Positions 1 to 9,638 are shown, counted from the whole stretch's first letter. The stretch: 63,877 bases of DNA, filler included, from Limisphaerales bacterium (GCA_044225505.1; 3 parts of 3 records of this genome joined end to end with filler, not necessarily neighbours in it), one strand, 5' to 3'. Translations and numbers: made by a program. Notes: generated by a model from the letters alone, not told the origin.

Positions 1-1263
1 ACGTATTACCTTTACATGCGCTTCTCCATGTTTGAGACAGGCACTGGTGAAACCAGTTATCTGAACGAGGATTCCTTCTTTGTGCCGCCGGACTTTGGCA
101 AAGATCCGCAAAACGATTGGCCGCTCATGGATGCAGGCGGGCAGAACGGCGGTTACGTGGAGGGCTGTTGCGACGGCGCTGGGTATTTGTTTATCCCAGA
201 AAAAGGCGGAGAAGGGGTGCGCCTCAACCACTCGGGCGAGACCAACTATTGGGAAGGCCAGTTCCATTGGAACGATCTGCTCTCCAGCCAGTTCTTGAAT
301 CCGGAAACTCAAGGGGAAGGGCGCGTGCGCTTCAAATACGAAGTCACGACCAATCAAGTTGGCAAGCCTTTGACCTGGACCATCTCCAACCGCGAAACAG
401 GCACCGCCATCGACCTGTTCCTGTTCAGCACCCATCCGGACCTGCTGAACACCTATTCCCAGGACGAGCTCGATCAACTGTTACTCGCCCCCGCCGCGGG
501 CAAAGTTACCGTCCAGACTGCCAGCGATATTATCGGGACAGGCACGAACGCCTGGTCTTATTTGAAAGTCGAAGGTGAAGATTACGCCAGCGAACTCGAC
601 GAGAGTGAAGGAGTCGGATTCACCCGGGTCTCGAGCAATGGCGCTCTGACCAACTTCTTCGGCAATCCCATCCTGGGCGCTGACACGACCGCTTCTAAAA
701 AGGGAGCGCTCTACATCCAACCGGCCGCCAAGCATGGCGACAAAGCTACTTACCAAGTCCAATTCGCCACTCCGGGAACGTATTACCTTTACATGCGCTT
801 CTCCATGTTCGAGACGGGCACTGGTGAAACCAGCTACCTCAATGAGGACTCCTTCTTTGTGCCGCCGGACTTTGGCAAAGATCCGCAAAACGATTGGCCG
901 CTCATGGATGCGGGCGGGCAGAACGGCGGTTATGTGGAAGGCTGCTGCGACGGCGCCGGGTATTTGTTTATCCCAGAAAAAGGCGGTGAAGGGGTGCGCC
1001 TCAACCACTCGGGCGAGACCAACTATTGGGAAGGCCAGTTCCATTGGAACGATCTGCTCTCCAGCCAGTTCTTGAATCCGGAAACTCAAGGGGAAGGGCG
1101 CGTGCGATTCAAATACGAAGTCACGACCAATCAGGTTGGCAAGCCTTTGACCTGGACGATCTCCAACCGCGAGACGGGCACCGCCATCGACCTGTTCCTG
1201 TTCAGCACCCATCCGGACCTGCTGAACACCTATTCCCAGGACGAGCTCGATCAACTGTTGCTC
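1..1263 (+). repeat. Intragenic direct repeat, period 777 nt (1-486 matches 778-1263)
   Basis: acgtattacctttacatgcgc occurs at 1 and 778, and the alignment continues to gatcaactg-ttR-ctc at ~486/1263. Confidence 0.95.
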
Positions 1264-1515
1264 GGAACGGCTCAACCTTCCGGCCAGAACCTCAGCGTCA
1301 GCAGAACTGGGAAGAATATTGTGCTGTCGTGGCCTGTGGCTGCGACGGGCTTCGTTTTGGAGTCAGCCGCAACACTGACCAGCCCCACCTGGACAGCCGT
1401 GGCGCCAGCGCCTGTCGTGATCGGCGATCAAAACTCGACCACCATTGACGCGTCGAGTGGGACCGCATTCTACCGACTGCGAAAGGCGCAGGCGGGTGGC
1501 GGATTGTTGCGGTAA
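1..1515 (+). CDS. Secreted/surface protein with tandem ~259-aa repeated beta-rich domains and a Verrucomicrobia-type C-terminal domain (5'-partial)
   Basis: The frame is open from the window edge. Two identical copies of the TYYLYMRF...EGCCDGAG...NRETGTAIDLFLFSTHP unit are followed by the C-terminus LSVSRTGKNIVLSWP...FVLES...W...FYRLRK. Confidence 0.75.
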   Translation, partial: TYYLYMRFSMFETGTGETSYLNEDSFFVPPDFGKDPQNDWPLMDAGGQNGGYVEGCCDGAGYLFIPEKGGEGVRLNHSGETNYWEGQFHWNDLLSSQFLNPETQGEGRVRFKYEVTTNQVGKPLTWTISNRETGTAIDLFLFSTHPDLLNTYSQDELDQLLLAPAAGKVTVQTASDIIGTGTNAWSYLKVEGEDYASELDESEGVGFTRVSSNGALTNFFGNPILGADTTASKKGALYIQPAAKHGDKATYQVQFATPGTYYLYMRFSMFETGTGETSYLNEDSFFVPPDFGKDPQNDWPLMDAGGQNGGYVEGCCDGAGYLFIPEKGGEGVRLNHSGETNYWEGQFHWNDLLSSQFLNPETQGEGRVRFKYEVTTNQVGKPLTWTISNRETGTAIDLFLFSTHPDLLNTYSQDELDQLLLGTAQPSGQNLSVSRTGKNIVLSWPVAATGFVLESAATLTSPTWTAVAPAPVVIGDQNSTTIDASSGTAFYRLRKAQAGGGLLR

Positions 1516-1811
1516 CCAAAGCTCCCCTTCGGCGCCAATTGACGCAGAGGAATTACGGACTGCGGCTGTGCGGGTAGCACCAGCCGCAGTTCCGACACGC
1601 GCGACGCAACGATTGAAAATAATGCGAGCAGCCACCTTCTGCGCATGGCTGCTGCCGATCGGGATCGTCGGATTCGCCCTATTCGCGCCCCATGGTTAGC
1701 CAGGATGCCGCTATGTGTCCTAGCCCGCCTCGCTAGCTTTCGATTCTCCAGCTGCGACCCGCCTCTGGCATTGCGCTTGAACGCGCTGGCTCAGCGCGAC
1801 ACCATTCCGTT

Positions 1812-3836
1812 ATGCCTAAATTCCGCTCCACCAGCGCTGGCAGTTTTCGCCTTTCCTTCCTTCTCATGGTTATCTGGATGGCAAGCCGCGCGGTTGCAGC
1901 AGCACCCAATCTCGAACCGCTGCCCAACAAGGCCGTCGTGTTGACCTTCGATGACTCGGTCAAATCCCACGCCACCGTGGTCGCGCCCTTGCTCAAGGAA
2001 TTTGGATTTTCAGCCACCTTCTTCATCACGGAGGGCTTCGATTTCACGACCAACAAATCCGATTACATGACCTGGGACGAGATTCGGCAACTGCACGACG
2101 CCGGGTTTGAAATCGGGAACCACACCGTCTCGCATATGGGCGTCAGCGCAGCAACGTTGGCCCGACTGCCCGCGGAGTTGACGGGAATCACTGCCGAGTG
2201 CGAACGACACGGGATACCTCGCCCTGTTAGCTTTGCGTATCCGGGCAACAGCATCGATCCCAACGCGCTGCCCATTCTGCAGGAAGCTGGGTTTAAGTTC
2301 GCGCGGCGGGGAGGGTCGCCTGAATACACTTACGAGCAGGGAAAGGGTGTCGCTTACGAACCCGGACGGGATCACCCTCTGCTAATCCCTACCGCAGGCG
2401 ACGCTCGGCCGACCTGGACGTTGCGAGATTTCACGAATGCGCTCGAACGCGCCACACCTGGAACCGTGGCGGTCTTTCAGTTTCACGGAGTGCCCGATCG
2501 TCAGCACCCGTGGGTTCACACGCCTCCGGAGCGGTTCCGCGAGTATCTGGCTTATCTTAAGAGCCAACGTTACCAGGTCATGGCAATGCGTGACCTGGCG
2601 CGATACGTGGACTTGTCCAAGGTCCCGTCCGATCCGATGACGCCGATCACCGAAAGACAGCGAGCTATCGCGGCACGCCTCTCCGCCGGAGCCGAATCGG
2701 CAACTCCCGTCTCTCGCACCCCTTGGGATCTCGAGACGCTTTCAAAAGCCCCGGATTGGGCGCCGCTTCAACGGCCCAAGGCCGAGGGCAATGTTCGAGC
2801 GATCACGTTTGCCGGACCTTCCTGGCAAGGCAAACCCACCCGGGTGTTCGCTTGGCTTGGGATTCCCAAGGTCGCAGCCGGAGAAAAGGTGCCAGCGATG
2901 GTCTTGATTCATGGCGGCGGAGGCACGGCGTTTGACGAATGGGTCAAGCTTTGGGTGGACCGGGGCTATGCGGCCATTGCCATGGACACTTGCGGGCAAA
3001 TTCCCGTCGGCAATTACGGCCATTGGTTTCGCAATGACCAGGGCGGTCCTCCTGGTTGGGGCGGCCTGGACCAGATCGAACGCCCCCGTGAGGATCAATG
3101 GACCTACCACGCCGTTGCCGACGCCATTCTGGCCCATTCACTAATTCGCGCGTTGCCCGAGGTGGACGCGGACCGGACCGGTGTGACGGGGATCTCCTGG
3201 GGAGGATACCTGACTTGCATTGTCGCGGGAGTGGACGCGCGGTTTAAGCTGGCCGTGCCAGTCTACGGGTGCGGCTTTTACCGCGAGACAATTTTCGACA
3301 GCGAATTGAAGAAACTCATTCCCGCACAAGCCGATTTATGGATGAGTTGGTGGGATCCGTCGGTTTACCTCCCCAATGCGGAAATGCCGATCTTATGGGT
3401 GACCGGAAGTAACGATTTCGCTTACACGCTCCCGGCGCTGCAGCATTCTTATCGGTTGCCGAAAGGGCCGCGGACGCTCTGCATTCGCTTGCGCATGCCT
3501 CACGGGCATGGGGGCGCCGGTGAGAACCCTGAGGAAATCCGGGTCTTTGCCGACTCGGTTCTCAAAGGCAAAGGCGGACTGATGAAGATCACCGGCACGC
3601 ACCGTGAAGGCACCACTGTCTCGGCCACCTACGCAGGAAACGGGACTATGACCAAAGCGGAGTTGAACTTCACGAAAGACGAGGGCCGTTGGCAGGATCG
3701 GAAATGGGAAGCGCTTCCGATGGAATTAGGGTCTGGCCGTGTTTCGGGGACGCTGCCGGACGGGGCGCGGGTGTATTACGTCAATTTATTTGATGAACGC
3801 GGGTGCGTGGTCAGTAGCGAACACGAAACGCCGTGA
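1812..3836 (+). CDS. Fusion of a polysaccharide deacetylase (NodB/CE4-like) and an alpha/beta hydrolase (acetylxylan esterase-like), with signal peptide
   Basis: LTFDD and EIGNHT...H motifs and FAYPG in the N-terminal domain; LIHGGGG and nucleophile elbow GISWGG in the C-terminal domain. Confidence 0.85.
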   Translation: MPKFRSTSAGSFRLSFLLMVIWMASRAVAAAPNLEPLPNKAVVLTFDDSVKSHATVVAPLLKEFGFSATFFITEGFDFTTNKSDYMTWDEIRQLHDAGFEIGNHTVSHMGVSAATLARLPAELTGITAECERHGIPRPVSFAYPGNSIDPNALPILQEAGFKFARRGGSPEYTYEQGKGVAYEPGRDHPLLIPTAGDARPTWTLRDFTNALERATPGTVAVFQFHGVPDRQHPWVHTPPERFREYLAYLKSQRYQVMAMRDLARYVDLSKVPSDPMTPITERQRAIAARLSAGAESATPVSRTPWDLETLSKAPDWAPLQRPKAEGNVRAITFAGPSWQGKPTRVFAWLGIPKVAAGEKVPAMVLIHGGGGTAFDEWVKLWVDRGYAAIAMDTCGQIPVGNYGHWFRNDQGGPPGWGGLDQIERPREDQWTYHAVADAILAHSLIRALPEVDADRTGVTGISWGGYLTCIVAGVDARFKLAVPVYGCGFYRETIFDSELKKLIPAQADLWMSWWDPSVYLPNAEMPILWVTGSNDFAYTLPALQHSYRLPKGPRTLCIRLRMPHGHGGAGENPEEIRVFADSVLKGKGGLMKITGTHREGTTVSATYAGNGTMTKAELNFTKDEGRWQDRKWEALPMELGSGRVSGTLPDGARVYYVNLFDERGCVVSSEHETP

Positions 3837-3920
3837 ACTGCCACAAACCCGTTTGAGGGGCAGACGCACCGTTCAAAGCCCACTTCCTGGAGACACAAGC
3901 CGTTTGCAAAAAGATACTTA

Positions 3921-3948
3921 GCTTCTGGTGACAATTGTCACCAGAAGC
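3921..3948. terminator. Perfect 28-bp palindrome between convergent genes (bidirectional terminator or protein-binding site)
   Basis: GCTTCTGGTGACAA|TTGTCACCAGAAGC is self-complementary. There is no clear U-tract. Confidence 0.45.
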
Positions 3949-3961
3949 ACGGACCGTGCTC

Positions 3962-5353
3962 TCACTCATAACGTAAGGCTTGAATCGGGTCCAGCTTCGC
4001 GGCTTTCACTGCCGGGAGAATGCCCGCGCCCACCCCCACGGCGGCACTGAGCCCAAAGGCTAACAACATCGCGTGGGCCGTCATCACGGGGGTATTCTCC
4101 GTCGGCGTTATGACGGAAAGAATTTGCACGGCGCCGTAGGAGGCTGCCAGGCCCGCTAACCCGCCCAGCAGGGAAATGACCAGGCTTTCCAGGAGGATTT
4201 GGATGAAAATATCCAGATGGGTAGCTCCGACGGACTTTCGGATTCCTATCTCGCGAATGCGTTCCGTGATGCTCGCCATCATAATATTCATGATGCCCAA
4301 GCCACCGACGAGCAAGCCAATTGCCGAAATAAAACCGCCGCTCAAGCGCTGGTTCCGAATCGCTGTCGTGATGCTCTCCGACCAGTTCTCTTGCGTCTGA
4401 AAGGTGAAATCTTCAATGCCTCGGTGCGTGTGCATCAGGACGTTGCGGGCTTGTTGCAGTGCGGGTTCCAATAACTCAATGTCCGCGATCTTCACCCACA
4501 AGTTATTTAAATGCGGGTCAGGCATCGTATTCGTCCCGATGCCACCGGAACGGAACTTAATCCAAAGGGTGTTAAGCGGTATGTAAATGGTGCTGTTCTT
4601 CATGTTGAACACCCAACTGTTCATCCCGCCCCGCCGACTCCCCCACCCTCGACGCCGCTGCGGCCCGCTCGCCTGGACCTTCGGCTGGTTCTTTTCCAGT
4701 TCCCGCAACTTCCGATCCTGCTCGCTCTCGTAGTGCTGGAACATACCAATAATCCGGAAGGGCTGGTCGTTAATGTTGATGCTTTCACCGATCGGAATGA
4801 TTTCGCGTTTGGCTTCCTCGGGCGAACCGAACAGTTGGTCGCGAATGGTGGTGCCGATCACGCAAACGCTGCGCGCATGATCGTCATCAAATTGATTGAA
4901 CATGCGTCCGTGAGCAATGACGTGTTGGTTCATCTCCAAGGCGTTGGGCCACGTCCCAATCACTTGCGCCCAATCATCCACCGACTTGACCCCTTTGGTG
5001 ATCATCACGCCCTCGCCGCCCCACCCGGAACTAATGCGCATATCCGGATTCACCACCTTGATCAAGGGGGCGCTCCGCTGCAGGGCATAGACATCATGAA
5101 TGGTCGCCCCAACCGCCTGGTCCGCCAGATGCCGTTGTGCGGCGGGGACTTCTTGCTGTTGAATCCGCACTTTCTCCAGGCCGCCAATCGCGATCAAGGC
5201 TTCCTTGAGCCCGTTCTCCATGCCTTTCACCAGCGCGGACATCGCCACCAAGCTGGACACTCCCAGAATGATTCCCAGCATCGTGAGCGCCGACCGGAAC
5301 TTGTGGGCCCAAATCTCTTTCAGTCCAATCTCGACGGCATTCCAGAAGTTCAT
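3962..5353 (-). CDS. MacB/FtsX-family ABC transporter permease
   Basis: RSALTMLGIILGVSS, GGLGIMNIMMASITERIREIGIRKSVGA and C-terminal LDPIQALRYE. Confidence 0.92.
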   Translation of the reverse strand: MNFWNAVEIGLKEIWAHKFRSALTMLGIILGVSSLVAMSALVKGMENGLKEALIAIGGLEKVRIQQQEVPAAQRHLADQAVGATIHDVYALQRSAPLIKVVNPDMRISSGWGGEGVMITKGVKSVDDWAQVIGTWPNALEMNQHVIAHGRMFNQFDDDHARSVCVIGTTIRDQLFGSPEEAKREIIPIGESININDQPFRIIGMFQHYESEQDRKLRELEKNQPKVQASGPQRRRGWGSRRGGMNSWVFNMKNSTIYIPLNTLWIKFRSGGIGTNTMPDPHLNNLWVKIADIELLEPALQQARNVLMHTHRGIEDFTFQTQENWSESITTAIRNQRLSGGFISAIGLLVGGLGIMNIMMASITERIREIGIRKSVGATHLDIFIQILLESLVISLLGGLAGLAASYGAVQILSVITPTENTPVMTAHAMLLAFGLSAAVGVGAGILPAVKAAKLDPIQALRYE

Positions 5354-5383
5354 AACGGGCGTGGGCTGTGGCCTCTTTCCAGG

Positions 5384-6595
5384 TCAGCGCCGGGCTGGAG
5401 CGTTGGTGCCCGTGTTCTTAAGTCCAGGGGCATTGGTCGACGGGCTGCTCCTGAGAGCATTCGTCCCTGTGCCAGTCTTCTTGGAAGAGTCAAGCCCGGC
5501 CTCGGCCTTGCCTCCGGGAGCCTTCGGGCTTTTGTCTTCCAACGACACGACTTCGCCCGGATAAAGCCCGCTCAGAACCTCAGCGTAGTCGTAATCGGAA
5601 ATCCCGATGCGCAAAACTCGCCGTTCGAAAGTCCCGCCCTTTTCGACATAGGCAAAGCGCTCGCCAGCCTCGGTGAACACGGCCGCGAGCGGAACCGCAA
5701 CGGCATTTTGCGTGGAAGCGATGGGCACCGAGAGATTCGCCGTCATCCCTGGCCGCACTTGCTCGTCGGATTCCGTAATGACAATTCGGACGGGATAGCC
5801 CTTCACGCTGTTCTTGACGGCCGCCTGAGGAGCGATCCTTTCGACCAAACCCTTGAGCGTGAGACCGGGCACCGAGTCGACCTGAATGTCCACCTCTAAC
5901 CCATGCCGGAGTCGCGTGATGTCTGCCTGGTTCACGTGCGCGGTGATCGTCATTTTGCTCAGATCCGCGATGGTGAGCACTTCCGTTCCACTATTGAAGC
6001 CTCCCGAGCCTGAAACAGCTTGTCCAACAGAGACAGGACGCGTCAGAACTGTGCAGTCAAACGGGGCCGCGATCTTGGTTTTCACGAGGCGTTCTTTGAC
6101 GAGATTCAAGTTTTGCGTGGCACGCAGCAGGGCGTTTTTGGCTTGCTCGTAGTCGGTCTTGGTATCTTCGTAAAGTTCTTGAGAGATCAGTTTGGCGGCG
6201 AACAATTCCTCGCTGCGGGTCCAGTTGCGTTTGGATTTCTCGAGCTGTAACTGGGCCGCTTGGATCTCCGTTTCACGCCCTTCCTTCTCGATTTGAAGAT
6301 CACTGTCATCGAGGGTGAAGAGGACGTCTCCTTTCTTGACTTTATCACCCAAATCCACGGGAAGATCCTTGATCTTGCCGTTGACCTCCGGCCGCACCGA
6401 GACTTGCTCGGAAGGTCCGATCTCTCCCGCCGCTGTGATCGCAAACTGAATACTCCGCCTTTCCACAACCGCGCTTGTCGGTCGCGCGGCCACACCCTCG
6501 GGCTGAGGCGGTCGCCCCAAATAAGCCGTAAGTTTCGGCCTGAAAACGAGCGCCGCCCCTGCTGCGATCAACACGACAAAGATGAGTTTCTTCAC
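5384..6595 (-). CDS. Efflux periplasmic adaptor subunit (MacA/HlyD family)
   Basis: N-terminal TM anchor, lipoyl-like VRPEVNGKI...GDKVKKGDVL, coiled coil, IAAPFDCTV and RPGMTA motifs. Confidence 0.9.
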   Translation of the reverse strand: MKKLIFVVLIAAGAALVFRPKLTAYLGRPPQPEGVAARPTSAVVERRSIQFAITAAGEIGPSEQVSVRPEVNGKIKDLPVDLGDKVKKGDVLFTLDDSDLQIEKEGRETEIQAAQLQLEKSKRNWTRSEELFAAKLISQELYEDTKTDYEQAKNALLRATQNLNLVKERLVKTKIAAPFDCTVLTRPVSVGQAVSGSGGFNSGTEVLTIADLSKMTITAHVNQADITRLRHGLEVDIQVDSVPGLTLKGLVERIAPQAAVKNSVKGYPVRIVITESDEQVRPGMTANLSVPIASTQNAVAVPLAAVFTEAGERFAYVEKGGTFERRVLRIGISDYDYAEVLSGLYPGEVVSLEDKSPKAPGGKAEAGLDSSKKTGTGTNALRSSPSTNAPGLKNTGTNAPARR

Positions 6596-6872
6596 ATTCC
6601 AAAGACGGTCAATCTCCGTTGCCAGCTCGATTCAACGGAGCTGGGTCAGAGACAAATCTCGTCGTAACGCCACGTGGGTTCTGGTAACCGGACTTGATGC
6701 ACAGACTATCCGAAGAGCTGTCCGGGAGGAAGCAGGACTTCATGGAATGTGGCTAACGCCTGGAGTCAGGCGACGCGACGTGACAGCGGAACCAGGGCCG
6801 AGACGGCTCGGCCGCTGGATCTCTGAAATGAGGCGGTCGCGTCTCGCCCCTGTCGGATCCATGCCGATGCCG

Positions 6873-8264
6873 CTAAAAGCGCCAGTTAAGGTCGGCCATG
6901 AAGTGCGTCGCTGAACTCGTTTCGGCCGGCGCTTCCACGATCGCGTCGTTGCTGTAGAACGTCAGGCTCAGGTTCAAGAAGTCCGTAAACGAATAGATCG
7001 CCACCACTTGGTGCCCCTTCACATTGGTGCCACCAAACCATCCGTTCGCCCGGCCAGTCCCGGTCAGCTGCGGATTGCCTCCCGCATAAAAGGCGCCGTT
7101 ATCATCGTCCACCAGCGCATCAAACCATGCGTCCGCTTCCAGTTGTTGATAGCGATAACCGAGCTCCCAGGCACGCCGTTTTCCTGCCTTGCCCAAGGTC
7201 AGCCCGACCCGCCAGCCTTCATTATGATCCGGTGCTTGAGTATTGTGCATGAACTCACCGCTCACCTTGATTGGGAAGGCGCCCGGATAGAACACAAAGC
7301 TTCCCAGACTGTAAGTGGCGGAGGCCATCCCGATCACTGGCAGAAACCCGTGCGCGAGAAATCCGTTCGTATCGCGAGAGTTCCCGGCATTATAAAACGG
7401 CTGCGCTTTGGCGCTCAGCGAATCCCGGCTTTCAATCGAAAACAAAGCCACGCCCAGAGAGGTCTCGAACGCGGGGGTCCATCGGCTTTGGACTAAAGTC
7501 TGTCCGCCATAGAAAAACGGATCGTGACTGGAGGAAACTTTCACCCCTGTGGGAAGCGTGCTGCCGCTCGGGTTTCCCTGGTTCAATTCGTCCAGAACAA
7601 AGATCCCGGCGTTCGCTTTCAAGTCGTGTTTATCCCCCAGTTTATGCGCCAGTTGAAGGGCAGCCCCTTCCGGATTCACGTCGTAGTCGAAAACCATATT
7701 GGACAGCAGAAACGGATTGTCCATCTTGCCGATCGTGCCGGACAGGGTCCAATCATCCGTCTTAATCGCCGTCCACTTGGCATAGGCAGCGTCCAGCCAG
7801 ATAAACTTGCGCGATTCCAGCGAGTTCAGATCCTGATTCGCGGTCACGGGAGATCCACCCACGAGCGTGCCACCGGGGCTGGTGACCGGATTTCCCGAAG
7901 CGAGCCTTAGCCCCAATTCGAAGTTGTCCAGCAACGTGGTCGTGAGGCCGAGACGAGCGCGGTAGCGATAGCGATTCCGGTCGAAGTAAGCATCGTTAGA
8001 CGCGGCGTTCTGTTCGAATCGGCCCCGAAAATCGCCAGAGAGCCGAATGCTCGTTACCCAATCGGGCATGCCCATGCCCCGGGCGATATCCTTCTTCACG
8101 CCGGATTTCGCTTCTTTCTCGAGGTCCTTGGCTTCCTGAGTGGTCAGAATGCCTTTCTCGACCAGTTTTTGTAGCAGAGCGTCGGAGGACTGGGCATGGA
8201 GGCCGTGCAGGCCGAAGCTAAGACTCGTAACAGCAATAAGTTGTGTGATCCAACAAGCTCGCAT
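6873..8264 (-). CDS. Putative outer-membrane porin (Porin_5-like)
   Basis: Signal peptide, DALLQKLVEKGILT, LSGDFRGRFE, RYRARLG, GTNVKGH and terminal aromatic ...DLNWRF. ATG 8264 is the chosen start. Confidence 0.8.
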   Translation of the reverse strand: MRACWITQLIAVTSLSFGLHGLHAQSSDALLQKLVEKGILTTQEAKDLEKEAKSGVKKDIARGMGMPDWVTSIRLSGDFRGRFEQNAASNDAYFDRNRYRYRARLGLTTTLLDNFELGLRLASGNPVTSPGGTLVGGSPVTANQDLNSLESRKFIWLDAAYAKWTAIKTDDWTLSGTIGKMDNPFLLSNMVFDYDVNPEGAALQLAHKLGDKHDLKANAGIFVLDELNQGNPSGSTLPTGVKVSSSHDPFFYGGQTLVQSRWTPAFETSLGVALFSIESRDSLSAKAQPFYNAGNSRDTNGFLAHGFLPVIGMASATYSLGSFVFYPGAFPIKVSGEFMHNTQAPDHNEGWRVGLTLGKAGKRRAWELGYRYQQLEADAWFDALVDDDNGAFYAGGNPQLTGTGRANGWFGGTNVKGHQVVAIYSFTDFLNLSLTFYSNDAIVEAPAETSSATHFMADLNWRF

Positions 8265-8284
8265 TGTGTCAGGCGTTGACACCG

Positions 8285-8339
8285 AGATTAGCGTCGATCC
8301 TGTGACCGAATCATGACAGTCATGTTACGATCACGTGAC
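8285..8339 (-). promoter_or_regulatory. Pho-box-like array (4 x GTCAY/GTAAC at 11-bp period) followed by a -10 element TAATCT
   Basis: The minus strand reads GTCAC-gtgatc-GTAAC-atgact-GTCAT-gattcg-GTCAC-N11-TAATCT directly upstream of the porin. Confidence 0.65.
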
Positions 8340-8360
8340 GTTGCACTCTTCAGCGGACTG

Positions 8361-8606
8361 TTATCCAGCAGGGTGCTTTTCCCGCCAACGCGCCCGCAGC
8401 GTCTCACGCAGCCGACCACGAAATTCCAACGGCAACTCGTAGGGCTTTCCCTCCCGATACAACGTGATGGTCTGACGAATGTTATCGACGACCACCTGGC
8501 AGGGATTGCAGCCCGCCAAGTGTTGCTCAAATTCTTGACAGAGGCCCGGCTCAACCGCGCCGTCCACGTACTCGTTTAAGAGTTTTAGAAGTTCCTCGCA
8601 CTTCAT
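8361..8606 (-). CDS. zf-HC2 zinc-binding anti-sigma factor (small, soluble)
   Basis: MKCEE...YVDG...HLAGCNPC (HxxxCxxC), directly downstream of an ECF sigma gene. Confidence 0.88.
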   Translation of the reverse strand: MKCEELLKLLNEYVDGAVEPGLCQEFEQHLAGCNPCQVVVDNIRQTITLYREGKPYELPLEFRGRLRETLRARWREKHPAG

Positions 8607-8654
8607 GCCTATACACCCCTCGTTTTGAGCCGCTGGCCGAGCAAAAGTTACACG

Positions 8655-9299
8655 TCAACCTGGGTCGTGCCGATGTGGCGGCAGTTGGCGCTCTTTGTCA
8701 CCCAGCACCAACGTCAGTCGCTCCCGCAATTGGAGCCGCGCCCGTAGCAGCCGGACTTTCACATTGGCCTCGGTCAACCCGAGCGCATCGGCCGTCTCCT
8801 GGATCGAAAGCCCCTGCACGTCCCGGAGCAAAAAGACCAACCTGAACTTCTCATCTAATTCGGAGAGCGCTTCATCGAGAAGATGTTGCACTTCCTTGCG
8901 AACGACCAACTGCTCGGGCGATTCCCGCCAATCCGCGATAAACGCAGGATGCGGCACTGAAGCATAGTCGTCCGTCGACTCGGACGATGCCTCCAAGGAA
9001 ACGAATGGCACCGTCTTTCGCTTCCGCAGGACTTTCAACGCCGCATGCGTCACAATCCGCAAGAGCCAAGTGCCAAAGGCAGCGTCGCCCCGGAACTCCC
9101 CCAGATGTTCCAAGGCGCTCAGAAACGCTTGCTGCGTAATATCCTCGGCATCTTCCCGGTGACGTAGAATCCGCCAGGCATGGGAAAACGCTTTTTGCTC
9201 GAATCGACCAACCAAAGCCTCAAAAGCCGCCAACTCACCCCCTTGAGCGAGTCTTACCAATTCCGCGTCGGTGCGCGGCGTGGCGATTCCGTCGGCCAT
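8655..9299 (-). CDS. ECF (sigma-70 family) RNA polymerase sigma factor
   Basis: DAEDITQQAF, FGTWLLRI and region 4 LSIQETADALGLTEANVKVRLLRAR. Confidence 0.93.
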   Translation of the reverse strand: MADGIATPRTDAELVRLAQGGELAAFEALVGRFEQKAFSHAWRILRHREDAEDITQQAFLSALEHLGEFRGDAAFGTWLLRIVTHAALKVLRKRKTVPFVSLEASSESTDDYASVPHPAFIADWRESPEQLVVRKEVQHLLDEALSELDEKFRLVFLLRDVQGLSIQETADALGLTEANVKVRLLRARLQLRERLTLVLGDKERQLPPHRHDPG

Positions 9300-9486
9300 C
9301 TTGAATCTATGCTACGTAGAAAAGGCGGGGCGACAAGCTCGCTGACCAGCGGGCGGCGGTGGGTATGGCGCACTGAGGAAAGGCGACGGGATCTGGGAGG
9401 TCGCGACTCTGCAGCCGGGCTCTCCGGAGGTATTTCGCTTTTAACACGGCTTGGCCAGGGAACACACATGGAGATAACACGGAGTT

Positions 9487-9541
9487 TATCCCTGTTATAT
9501 CCGAGTTAAATCCGTGTTTAATCCCTGTTAAATACGAATCA
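9487..9541. repeat. Degenerate 11-nt tandem repeat (WATCCSWGTTW x4-5)
   Basis: tatccctgtta tatccgagtta aatccgtgttt aatccctgtta aatacgaatca. Confidence 0.7.
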
Positions 9542-9638
9542 TGCCCTGAACGTGCCTCAAGGGTCTGGCCTTCCTGGATAACTTCCTGATCTCCGAGTCG
9601 CCTTCCCCCGTGGCTCAAACTCGTCTGGTGTCTCCGAA

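Noticed and set aside
4511..5899. 462-aa plus-strand ORF
   Set aside because: It is the antisense shadow of the MacB/MacA genes and has no motifs.
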